IMG/VR virus record: IMGVR_UViG_3300037761_000042 | Coordinates: 1 to 58,741 of that record | Reading direction: 5' to 3' (one strand) | Source of the DNA: a virus | Lineage: Duplodnaviria; Caudoviricetes | Length of the DNA stretch: 58,741 bases | Shown: one piece after another, positions 8,481 to 16,379 of the stretch | Position numbering within the stretch: the first letter of the stretch is position 1 | Layout: each line of letters starts with the position of its first letter | Program-made: the position numbers and the translations under genes | The notes under the pieces: generated by a model | The model's database searches: none | Seen by the model: the letters and a program-made list of their open reading frames with translations, nothing else | What the model was told of the DNA's origin: nothing

Positions 8481-8517
8481 GAACTCTCGACTTTAGTCGT
8501 ATGTATTTAAAGGAACA
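8470..8517. other. Candidate attP site
   Basis: Dyad CCTTTAA...CGACT-TT-AGTCG...TTAAAGG; both arm pairs are centred on TT at 8493-8494, right after the integrase stop. Confidence 0.7.
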
Positions 8518-8550
8518 ATATTAAGCGGCGTATCACACACCGCTTAATAT
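8518..8550. terminator. Hairpin between the integrase and the convergent 46-aa ORF
   Basis: ATATTAAGCGG...CCGCTTAATAT inverted repeat; extends further with G-U pairs on the minus-strand RNA. Confidence 0.55.
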
Positions 8551-8673
8551 ATCTAGAACAGGTACCTTAACTGTTTCTTGGGCATCGTACAGATATCCAG
8601 TATTTATTATTTCAATTCCATTATAATCAATACTTTTTACATGTTCCAAACCTTCTCCGAAATCAGTTTTCAT
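8533..8673 (-). CDS. 46-aa acidic protein, candidate RDF or antirepressor
   Basis: MKTDFGEGLEHVKSIDYNGIEIINTGYLYDAQETVKVPVLDILSGV; SD GGGGGG; own promoter. Confidence 0.6.
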   Translation of the reverse strand: MKTDFGEGLEHVKSIDYNGIEIINTGYLYDAQETVKVPVLDILSGV

Positions 8674-8726
8674 TATTTTACCCCCCGATAAATTATGTAC
8701 TCTACACTGCTATTCCTTGTCATTTG

Positions 8727-8773
8727 AAACATATGTTCTTTTATAACTATAACACATTCCCAATATTTTACAA
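8727..8773 (-). promoter_or_regulatory. Promoter with LexA (SOS) box for the 46-aa ORF
   Basis: Minus strand TTGTAA-16 bp-TATAGT with extended TG, followed by GAAC-ATAT-GTTT (8738 to 8727). Confidence 0.6.
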
Positions 8774-8951
8774 CAGTTATTTTAAAATAATTAATCTTTT
8801 ACTATAAATCTACATCTAAATGATTCGAAAAATGTAATTTTTTATAGGGGAGATTACCCAATAATGAGTAATTATGCCTATATGTTATACTGAATTTGTC
8901 CTATCAAGAAGGGCGAAATGATGCTGTCGCTCTTTTTGTTGTGGAAATGTG

Positions 8952-8980
8952 TTGACAATGTGGTGCAAATGACGTACAAT
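8952..8980 (+). promoter_or_regulatory. Sigma-A promoter of counter-strand cassette 1
   Basis: TTGACA-17 bp-TACAAT. Confidence 0.75.
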
Positions 8981-9024
8981 ATAAATAGATGATATCAGTC
9001 AATTACGAAAGGAAGGAGGCACAA

Positions 9025-9198
9025 ATGAAACTATTAAAAAGACTATTTTGTAAACATGAATATTACGCAAATTCTTATATTTATGGCGACATGATTAATG
9101 TGTGTAATGGATGCAGGACGGTTGCAAAATGTGCTAAGTGTGGTAAATACAAGTCAGTTCCAGAGCTTTTAAAAGTAGGTGCTAAGATAGATAAGTAA
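9025..9198 (+). CDS. Small Zn-binding protein (LFCKH...CxKCGK)
   Basis: Start MKLLKRLFCKHEY after AAGGAGG. Confidence 0.65.
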   Translation: MKLLKRLFCKHEYYANSYIYGDMINVCNGCRTVAKCAKCGKYKSVPELLKVGAKIDK

Positions 9199-9241
9199 TT
9201 TAATTGTTAATTGCCTAAATAGGCGGATTGGAGAGATAAGC

Positions 9242-9637
9242 ATGGAAGACAATATGAAGAAAGTAGCTTTTGGAAAACAATATAAGTTTGAGGAGGTACA
9301 AAATTTGGTGGACGGTACGAAAATATGGATTGAAAGCGTTTATCCAGAAGAAAATACCTTCTTAGGAATCAAGAAAGTTAATGTTATAACTGACATTAAG
9401 GGTGAAACTGTATGGGCTTTAGCAGCTGATTTTAGAGAACTATGTAAAGCTTATGAATGGAAAGATAAAAACAAAATGAGTAAGCTTTTAAGACTTTTAT
9501 ACAACATACAAATTTTACAAGAGGTTGGGTTACTTGAAGAAGAATTTAATATATTCAATCAAGAAAATCCAGATTTAAGTAGCATAGATGAACTAAATAA
9601 AACAATAGAAACTGAAATGTCATATTGGGAAGAATAA
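9242..9637 (+). CDS. Acidic hypothetical protein
   Basis: 131 aa with SD GGAG. Confidence 0.7.
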   Translation: MEDNMKKVAFGKQYKFEEVQNLVDGTKIWIESVYPEENTFLGIKKVNVITDIKGETVWALAADFRELCKAYEWKDKNKMSKLLRLLYNIQILQEVGLLEEEFNIFNQENPDLSSIDELNKTIETEMSYWEE

Positions 9638-9673
9638 GTCGCAATTTGATTAAACTATGAAAGTAGGTGCTAA

Positions 9674-9835
9674 ATGGCAAGGGTAGATTTTAGAATCAGT
9701 GACGAAGCCAAACGAGAAGCAGAAAAACAAGCTAATAGTATCGGTTTAGATTTAAGCGAATACACTAGGCAATTGTATAAAGTGAATCTAGCCGAACTAG
9801 TCAAAAAAGCTGTGGAGAAGGAGAAGAAGAAATGA
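9674..9835 (+). CDS. Ribbon-helix-helix regulator (RelB/MobC-like, 53 aa)
   Basis: MARVDFRISDEAKREAEKQANSIGLDLSEYTRQL; paralogous to 50515..50670. Confidence 0.75.
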   Translation: MARVDFRISDEAKREAEKQANSIGLDLSEYTRQLYKVNLAELVKKAVEKEKKK

Positions 9836-9975
9836 GTATACCAGATATAGAACTAATCCAATCAATTACTATTGTTATTCGTCACGCGCTAGACCATAGC
9901 GAGCCGTTACCGCTTGATTTAGTTGAGTGGTACAACAAGGCTGTTGAGAGGTTGAAGGAAGGAGAAAAGGTATGA
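9832..9975 (+). CDS. Small hypothetical protein (47 aa)
   Basis: ATGA-coupled on both sides; MSIPDIELIQ...PLDLVEWYN. Confidence 0.6.
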   Translation: MSIPDIELIQSITIVIRHALDHSEPLPLDLVEWYNKAVERLKEGEKV

Positions 9976-10121
9976 AAAAAAGGTTGGCTAAATACGAAGA
10001 TTTAAAAAGAGGTTCTAAAGTATGGGATAGTGAAAGGAAGTGTTGGCAAAAAGTTTTTCATGTTTACTTGTGGGAATCAATCTTGAGAGAAAGTCCAAAC
10101 AAATTTTATATAAACGAATAA
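9972..10121 (+). CDS. Small hypothetical protein (49 aa)
   Basis: MKKRLAKYEDLKRGSKVWDSERKCWQKV...; SD AAGGAG. Confidence 0.55.
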   Translation: MKKRLAKYEDLKRGSKVWDSERKCWQKVFHVYLWESILRESPNKFYINE

Positions 10122-10181
10122 AAAATAAGGCTACCCGATGAAGAATAGCGGTCTAATGCGAAAAAAGTAGAAGGAGATATT

Positions 10182-10322
10182 GTGGAAAAGATAAAAACTA
10201 AGTATATCTGTAAAAAATGCAAACAAAGAATATTTATTGCAGAAGGAGAGTTGATTACAAATGAATTTATGTCAAGTTTTAAAGTCAATTATTACCACCA
10301 AAAGTGCTATAAAAAGAAGTAA
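10182..10322 (+). CDS. Small Zn-binding protein (CxxC...HxxC, 46 aa)
   Basis: GTG start after AAGGAG; ICKKCK...YHQKC. Confidence 0.55.
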   Translation: MEKIKTKYICKKCKQRIFIAEGELITNEFMSSFKVNYYHQKCYKKK

Positions 10323-10482
10323 GCAGAATACATTTTGCTACTGTCCACAGTGTAGAAATGAGTTGGTAGGAAGCAATAGTTTTGCAAGTGATAAAGAACT
10401 TGTTGTGTATAAATGTACGAATTGTGGACATGAATCCAAGTGGTTGTTTGATGCGCCAGTACCAATTCTAATAGATAGGTAA
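10261..10482 (+). CDS. Zn-ribbon protein
   Basis: CPQC...CTNC, ends WLFDAPVPILI. Confidence 0.6.
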   Translation: MNLCQVLKSIITTKSAIKRSKQNTFCYCPQCRNELVGSNSFASDKELVVYKCTNCGHESKWLFDAPVPILIDR

Positions 10483-10512
10483 TTGTGTTATTCAATTAAA
10501 CCATTCTTAAAT

Positions 10513-10548
10513 AAAAAGCCCCCACAATTAAGTGAGGGCTATAATTTT
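10513..10548. terminator. Probable bidirectional terminator between cassette 1 and the lysis genes
   Basis: AAAAAGCCCCCAC-loop-GTGAGGGCT hairpin between convergent operons. Confidence 0.65.
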
Positions 10549-10550
10549 GT

Positions 10551-10736
10551 CTATTTCTGTTCAGTTGGCTTCTTAGTAAAGAAATACGTAACAATCATAG
10601 TAGTTACATTGCTAAACAATAAAAATACTTTCTCGTCGATTTTAGAGCCTGTTATGACTATATATACTAACGTTAGAACTAAAGCTAGAGTAACTATGGT
10701 TTTTACATCTATTAGTTTTGCTAGTTTATCTTTCAT
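10551..10736 (-). CDS. Putative holin (two TM helices)
   Basis: MKDKLAKLIDVKTIVTLALV...MIVTYFFTKK; directly after the endolysin. Confidence 0.7.
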   Translation of the reverse strand: MKDKLAKLIDVKTIVTLALVLTLVYIVITGSKIDEKVFLLFSNVTTMIVTYFFTKKPTEQK

Positions 10737-11377
10737 TCCAATCCCCTCCATGCTTTCGCTATTTTTTTAAATGCTATGTCTAAATATTTTATTTCTTTCG
10801 CTTGTTTGTACCAGTGTTCAAAGCTTAAATCTGCTTTGTTGCAAATAAACTCTAGTGATTCTTTTAGTTCGTCAACTGGCTCAATATACTCGATAAAAGG
10901 GCATTTTAGCCAATGTGTCCACTTAGTAGCACCGATACCGTGTAAAGGTGTTTGAACTACACCATATTTAGTGCCTTTGGATTCAATTACTTGTCCATTG
11001 CTTACGTATACACCGATATGGCCATTTTTTCTCACACATAATCCTGGTATTTCGGGAATGGTTGAAATGTCACCTTTTACGGTAGCTGCATTAAACATTC
11101 CGTTAGCTGACAAGTCTGTTTTCGGATTATAAACTGGTCCAGTGCCAACCCACCATATGTAAGATTTAATTAATCCTACACAATCAGTAACACACTTACC
11201 TATCCAGTTTTTACGGATAAAAGATAAGTATTGAACAATATTTTGTGGGTATTGTACTTGTTTGTTGGCTAAAAGCTTTTCAGTTAGAGTTGTTCCGTAT
11301 GTTCCGTATACATATCCCCATTTTTCGCCTAAAGCCTTTTTGCAATGTTCTACTAAACCTATATTTGTTAATGTCAT
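10733..11377 (-). CDS. Endolysin, NlpC/P60-type peptidase
   Basis: WGYVYGTYG, DCVGLIK (catalytic Cys), GHIGVY (His); start MTLTN. Confidence 0.85.
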   Translation of the reverse strand: MTLTNIGLVEHCKKALGEKWGYVYGTYGTTLTEKLLANKQVQYPQNIVQYLSFIRKNWIGKCVTDCVGLIKSYIWWVGTGPVYNPKTDLSANGMFNAATVKGDISTIPEIPGLCVRKNGHIGVYVSNGQVIESKGTKYGVVQTPLHGIGATKWTHWLKCPFIEYIEPVDELKESLEFICNKADLSFEHWYKQAKEIKYLDIAFKKIAKAWRGLE

Positions 11378-11405
11378 TTTATCGCCTACTTTCCTGTTAA
11401 TTTGC

Positions 11406-11621
11406 TCATAATAATTTACCTTTAATGTATGCCACATCGGTTTTTATTTCGCTTATGTCTTTTTCAATACCTTCGATTTTAACGCCCTGAGCTTCAAAAT
11501 TTTTATTTTTAATTTCTTGTTGTCCTTGTGTATTGCCGATGCGTATAAAAACAGTTAATAATCCTATTACGGTTATTATCAACTGTAACCATTGTAAAGT
11601 CGTTCCTATATTAGCTTGCAT
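11406..11621 (-). CDS. Holin/XhlA-like protein (one TM plus coiled coil)
   Basis: Start MQANIG after AAAGGGGG; TM LIITVIGLLTVFIRI, then coiled coil ending VAYIKGKLL. Confidence 0.6.
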   Translation of the reverse strand: MQANIGTTLQWLQLIITVIGLLTVFIRIGNTQGQQEIKNKNFEAQGVKIEGIEKDISEIKTDVAYIKGKLL

Positions 11622-11976
11622 CAGATTTCCCCCTTTCCGCATATTCGCCCATAATAGCCAAGGCATAAGCAAGACATATGCCAAATATGCACGGTACTGT
11701 AATTGATATGCCGAATGATGGTACTGCGGAAGTTAGAAAGTAAAATACAACCCACGTTAAAATAGTACACCCTATCATTGTTGGAACATGATACGTTTTA
11801 CCGAAAAAAATTCTACCAATAATAAACCCCAAGAATATAAAAATACATTCCCAGGGTCTATTGTTGATTATGGCAATAATTATGATGCCAAATGCTTGCC
11901 AAAATTGAGTTAATATCATGTAAATTACAAATATACTGGTCTTAAGTATAGTGTTTAAGTTTTGAAAAATCTGCAT
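11611..11976 (-). CDS. AgrB-like membrane cysteine peptidase (short form)
   Basis: Polytopic; GRIFFGKTYHVPTMIGC keeps the AgrB R...H-x6-C pattern after a hydrophobic E-x-x-F-x-x-x-x-F helix. Confidence 0.65.
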   Translation of the reverse strand: MQIFQNLNTILKTSIFVIYMILTQFWQAFGIIIIAIINNRPWECIFIFLGFIIGRIFFGKTYHVPTMIGCTILTWVVFYFLTSAVPSFGISITVPCIFGICLAYALAIMGEYAERGKSDAS

Positions 11977-12050
11977 AATACGTCACCGATCTTCCTTAAG
12001 TCTGCCCAAAATGTTGTTTTATTTTTTTTCCCTAGAAACCACCAACCCAT
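11955..12050 (-). CDS. 31-aa peptide between the membrane protein and the AgrB-like gene
   Basis: MGWWFLGKKNKTTFWADLRKIGDVLCRFFKT; SD GGGGTG; overlaps both neighbours. Confidence 0.6.
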   Translation of the reverse strand: MGWWFLGKKNKTTFWADLRKIGDVLCRFFKT

Positions 12051-12579
12051 ATAAATCACCCCGCTTTCTGTTCAAAAAATATAGCAATGTTAAAATTATT
12101 ATTTGGTCTATATTTATTACTGCAAATTGTAACCAATTTGGAAATATAGGAGTAATCGAAGCAATATCTAACCTTAGCCAAATAATAATAAGCTGCACAA
12201 ATACAATAAATAAATTGTTTAAAATAAAACTTACTATAGTTTTAAATTTAGGCACTAAAGCAATACATGTTACAAACAATATTATTCCAGCAATTGCAAC
12301 ATAAAATTCTTTGGACGTATAATATAATATGATTGTAAGTGGCATAAATGGCAATATCTTAAAAAACAATGTTTTAGGCTCGTAGCACGTTACACAGCCC
12401 ACTATCAAATAATATTGAAGAAGCAAAATCAGTAACTTCACTATAAATCCTATTGTAGGATAATTCGAACTGTAATTTGGTATGCTAAATATATCTACAC
12501 CTAACAACTTTAATCCGATTGCACATAACATACTTGCTATTGATAAGATAAAAACAATAATGTTAAATTTATTATTCAT
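12019..12579 (-). CDS. Polytopic membrane protein (about 6 TM)
   Basis: Almost entirely hydrophobic helices; SD AGGAG; no cytoplasmic kinase domain. Confidence 0.75.
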   Translation of the reverse strand: MNNKFNIIVFILSIASMLCAIGLKLLGVDIFSIPNYSSNYPTIGFIVKLLILLLQYYLIVGCVTCYEPKTLFFKILPFMPLTIILYYTSKEFYVAIAGIILFVTCIALVPKFKTIVSFILNNLFIVFVQLIIIWLRLDIASITPIFPNWLQFAVINIDQIIILTLLYFLNRKRGDLYGLVVSREKK

Positions 12580-12678
12580 TTAACGATTCTCCTAGAGTTT
12601 ATTTTTGTGAATATTAATATTTATTGCTAAAAAGGGTTATAATATAATTTAAATATTAGTTTTTTAAGGAGTGATACT

Positions 12679-13221
12679 ATGAAAAAATTTATTATGGGTT
12701 TAGTACTTGGAGTATTAATTATGTCTATAATTCCTGTTAAAGCCGCTATCGAGGAATACATTTGCCACAAAGCAGACTACAAAGTTATGGTTAACGGCAC
12801 TGAATATGCTAACTCAGATTTGCCAATACTTAATTACAAAGGAAATACCTATGTGCCATTTAAAAGCACTTTAGAAGCTGCTGGATTAAACGTAAACTGG
12901 AATGCTAAATTAGGTCAAGCCGAAGTTGCAAGTCCAACAACCACGAATTTAAAAAGCACACCGTCGTTGCCAAGCAAAATTTTTGCGCCAGACGGGATAC
13001 AAGCAAACTTTTATAATGGTAAATATTATATTTTTTTTAGCACATTTACTTCAAAATATTATGATGATAAAAAATATTCAGTTATAAATTATAGAAATAA
13101 AGATGTTTGTTATATAACAAAAAACCAAATTAAAATAATTGACAATATACCATTAGATAAAAAAATTAGGGCTTTTACTTATGAATGTTATATAAACGAT
13201 ATATTGCCGTTGTTGAATTAA
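12679..13221 (+). CDS. Secreted protein with copper-amine-oxidase-N/stalk-like domain (moron)
   Basis: Signal peptide MKKFIMGLVLGVLI...VKA; motif PILNYKGNTYVPFK...GLNVNWN. Confidence 0.7.
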   Translation: MKKFIMGLVLGVLIMSIIPVKAAIEEYICHKADYKVMVNGTEYANSDLPILNYKGNTYVPFKSTLEAAGLNVNWNAKLGQAEVASPTTTNLKSTPSLPSKIFAPDGIQANFYNGKYYIFFSTFTSKYYDDKKYSVINYRNKDVCYITKNQIKIIDNIPLDKKIRAFTYECYINDILPLLN

Positions 13222-15089
13222 GGTATAATCACAGATGACAATGGCGTACTGTTACCATCTAAAAGCGTTAATGTATTTGTGGCAGTATCGTAACTTAATT
13301 TTGTGCCTGCGCCTTGTACAGATCCAGTAAATACAGGGTCTACATACACTGTTAATGCACCGTTTAGAGGTATAAATGAAAAGCCTTGTCCTGCTAGTGC
13401 GTTCTCTATCCTAAGCACTTCTGTTCCGTCATCATAAAGAGATATATCACCATAAGTATTGCCAGCACTGCCCCATGTTGGACCATTTAAATTTCCAGAG
13501 GAATTATACGTTTTAAGTGAATCGTCTGTTAAAACTATTCTTTCGCCAGTTACCGAAGTTCTTATTGTACCACCTGTAATAGTTCCTCCAGTTATTGTTG
13601 AGCTACCTGTCATAGTTATATCTGTAGCCGTAACTGCGCCAGACATACTAGCCTTAAATGGAGCTGTTGAAGCTGATGTTGAACCCAAAAACAAACCATC
13701 AGTAGTATTAAATTGTAATGTATTTGTGCCAGTGCCTACATTAAATCTACCACCTGTCAAAGTTAAATCATTTGCAGTGGCTGAGCCTGACATAGTTACT
13801 CTAAACGGAGCCGAAGAAAATGTTGTATTCCCCATCCACAATCCGTCAGTTTCAGTAAATCTAAACGTATTATTTGAAGTCCCGATTGTAATTACTCCAC
13901 CTGTTAATAAGAGATTATCTGCTGTTACCGCACCCGATGTTGTTACACTAAATGGAGCAGTTCCAACCGATGTTCCTCCTGCAAAAATTTGACTGCCGAT
14001 AATTGTAGATGCATTAACAGTTCCGATAAATACAGCGTTTCCGGCAAGGTACAAATTAGCTGTTCCTGTTGCAGTATCAACTTGCACATAAAACACAGGT
14101 GTATAAGATGCTGTTGTAGTCTGCCTTAAATCAATTTCTATTCCATTTGTAGCATTCATTGATGTTTGTACTAGGTCATCACTTCTGGTAGCCACGAACC
14201 CATTATCAGGGCCTATAGAACAACCATTATAAATATTATCCTTTGCAACTGATGTGGTTTGAATTTGTGTAATAGTATCCGTCAAATCATCAACAAAATT
14301 ACCTATTTCAACCGTACCTTGCATACGCTGTTCGGTATCGTGTAATTCTTTGACTATCCTCAAAGACACTTCTAGGGTTAAATCTTCATCAATTACTTTT
14401 ATTGTATCTCCAAGTTCATAATGTTCTAGGCTTGATACTCCATCATCAATAAATCCCTGTTCAAATTCTAGTTCGGCTGCATTGACTTTATAAGCTATCG
14501 TTGGTAATCCTGCAACTTTTTTACGATTGTCTACTATTCTGCTAACATCAACAAGATTTTTACGATATCTAAATTGGACACCACGATCAGCACCACGTCT
14601 TGTTAAAAGATTAATAGTATACTTGTCAAACTTTAATTCACCATCATATAAAGCGGCTAATTGCATTAAAACTTGTCTTTTATTTGTAGATTCGTTGATG
14701 CTTATAGTTTCACTTGCAGTTATTTGGTTTGTGCCTACTGTAAAGCCTGTGCCACTTAGCAATGTTGTTGCTACAGCTGAAAATAGTCCTGTAGACGTAA
14801 ATCCTGCGGTAAGTGATGCAGATATAAGGCTATAGCTGACATGTTCACACTGGGCGTTTATAAACAATCCAGCTTCTGTCCTTTGTTCCTCGGTATAAAC
14901 AATTTGGAAATAATTATCCTCTACTTCTACTTTATTTTGATAGTTAACATGTGCCGATTTATCATTATCTATTACGGTTGAAAAACTAAATTCAAACTCT
15001 CTATTTATAGCTTCGCTAACAACAGGCGACACCACGTTTTGCAGTATTGCTAATGTTTCATTGCTTGACCCTGTAATTACTCTAACCAA
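13218..15089 (-). CDS. Tail spike/Tal-like protein (prophage endopeptidase tail domain plus Ser/Thr-rich repeats)
   Basis: SEAINREFEFSF, RGADRGVQFRYRKNL, LGDTIKVIDEDL; three APF.V..SG..TA repeats; probable TTG start. Confidence 0.8.
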   Translation of the reverse strand: MVRVITGSSNETLAILQNVVSPVVSEAINREFEFSFSTVIDNDKSAHVNYQNKVEVEDNYFQIVYTEEQRTEAGLFINAQCEHVSYSLISASLTAGFTSTGLFSAVATTLLSGTGFTVGTNQITASETISINESTNKRQVLMQLAALYDGELKFDKYTINLLTRRGADRGVQFRYRKNLVDVSRIVDNRKKVAGLPTIAYKVNAAELEFEQGFIDDGVSSLEHYELGDTIKVIDEDLTLEVSLRIVKELHDTEQRMQGTVEIGNFVDDLTDTITQIQTTSVAKDNIYNGCSIGPDNGFVATRSDDLVQTSMNATNGIEIDLRQTTTASYTPVFYVQVDTATGTANLYLAGNAVFIGTVNASTIIGSQIFAGGTSVGTAPFSVTTSGAVTADNLLLTGGVITIGTSNNTFRFTETDGLWMGNTTFSSAPFRVTMSGSATANDLTLTGGRFNVGTGTNTLQFNTTDGLFLGSTSASTAPFKASMSGAVTATDITMTGSSTITGGTITGGTIRTSVTGERIVLTDDSLKTYNSSGNLNGPTWGSAGNTYGDISLYDDGTEVLRIENALAGQGFSFIPLNGALTVYVDPVFTGSVQGAGTKLSYDTATNTLTLLDGNSTPLSSVIIP

Positions 15090-15113
15090 TGCATCACCTT
15101 CTTTTTGCATAAT

Positions 15114-15142
15114 AAAAGAGAGCTAATTAATTTTAGCTCTCT
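15114..15142 (-). terminator. Intrinsic terminator after the acyltransferase
   Basis: AGAGAGCTAA/TTAGCTCTCT stem followed by a U-tract on the minus strand. Confidence 0.65.
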
Positions 15143-15186
15143 AAGTTTGTTATATTATCCTATTACCTAAATAAACTTCTTTGAAT

Positions 15187-16290
15187 TCATGCTTCATATT
15201 CTATTTCAGAACGTAATTTAACTCTGATTTTTTTAAAGCTTAACATCTTTGTTTTTATAGTTAATAAATTTCTGCTGAATACATCACTTACACACAAAAC
15301 TATTATAAATAAAAATATTTCTGCTAAGTAATTATTCAATCCCATATTATCGGAGTAAAACATTGCACTACCCAATAAATAAGTTGTGTAATATATAATT
15401 AATTGATGTATCATATAAATTGCGTTGCTTATTTTACCCAAATAAACAAAAGGTTTTATAGATATAACCTTAGATATGATCCCACTGTCAAAAGCAAACA
15501 CAAATATAAATAATACTAATACCGGTATATAATAAACCCCATATCTAATGGAATCAATTAGTAATATTTTAGATTTATATGCCAAATATAATAATAATAC
15601 TGAGAATATTTCAATAATTGTAAATACGATTAATCTATTTTTAATTTCAATGCAAATCTTTTCGTTTAATCTTGTGAAAATTAGTCCAATTAGAAATCCT
15701 ATTAAGCAATCTATTAATCTAAAATAAGGTGATACGTACACAAGCCACCATCCAAAAGTATATGCTTCTACATTCCACCTAAAATAATATGACAAGAAAA
15801 AAGCAATACAAAATAGTGCTGTACTTGATAATATTAGTACAAATATATTTCTATCTATCCTTAATATAGTAATTAGTTTATATATAAAAGGTATTACCAA
15901 ATAAAAGAATAAAACATCTGCAATAAACCAAGACAGCCCATTAAACAAAAAAACATCTTTCCCATTAGGGTAGTAACTTTGTACTAGAAATACATTTACT
16001 ATTGCTTGAATAAGGTTAAATTTTTGGTTCATATACCCCATTATTGGAATACTAAGTATAAAAGTTATAATATGTAGTGGATACAACTTAATAAATTTCC
16101 CAACGTAATATTTTTTTAAAGAATTTTTACTTAATATAAATCCTTTTTTGCTAAAGCTACAAGCAGTTGTAAAACCAGATATTATAAAAAAGAATGTAAC
16201 CAATGCCGATCCAAACCCATATGGATAATATAGATGATGAATATAAATTCCAAATGCAGCAAAAAATCTTAACGCATATAAAGCACCCAT
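15187..16290 (-). CDS. Acyltransferase-3 (OafA-like) membrane O-acyltransferase, moron
   Basis: ALRFFAA...HH, FFFIISGF, KLYPLH, NGLSWFI..VLFFY, YLGKISNAIYMIH; visibly more AT-rich than flanks. Confidence 0.9.
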   Translation of the reverse strand: MGALYALRFFAAFGIYIHHLYYPYGFGSALVTFFFIISGFTTACSFSKKGFILSKNSLKKYYVGKFIKLYPLHIITFILSIPIMGYMNQKFNLIQAIVNVFLVQSYYPNGKDVFLFNGLSWFIADVLFFYLVIPFIYKLITILRIDRNIFVLILSSTALFCIAFFLSYYFRWNVEAYTFGWWLVYVSPYFRLIDCLIGFLIGLIFTRLNEKICIEIKNRLIVFTIIEIFSVLLLYLAYKSKILLIDSIRYGVYYIPVLVLFIFVFAFDSGIISKVISIKPFVYLGKISNAIYMIHQLIIYYTTYLLGSAMFYSDNMGLNNYLAEIFLFIIVLCVSDVFSRNLLTIKTKMLSFKKIRVKLRSEIEYEA

Positions 16291-16379
16291 ATATTTCCTC
16301 CTTAATTTAATACGTGTATCTTATCACCATACTATCCATAATTCAACATTTTCAAATAATTATTTAAATTAACATTTAT

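Noticed and set aside
9674-9835. RelB/DinJ antitoxin of a toxin-antitoxin pair
   Set aside because: No RelE/ParE-like neighbour recognised; treated as a stand-alone RHH regulator
10131-10170. Hammerhead-ribozyme-like string CTAC-CCGATGA...CGAAA...GTAG
   Set aside because: Core reads CCGAUGA rather than CUGAUGA, stem II is imperfect, and there is no stem III or cleavage triplet
12019-12579. AgrC histidine kinase or a complete agr operon
   Set aside because: No HisKA/HATPase domain or response regulator seen; the peptide lacks the canonical AgrD layout
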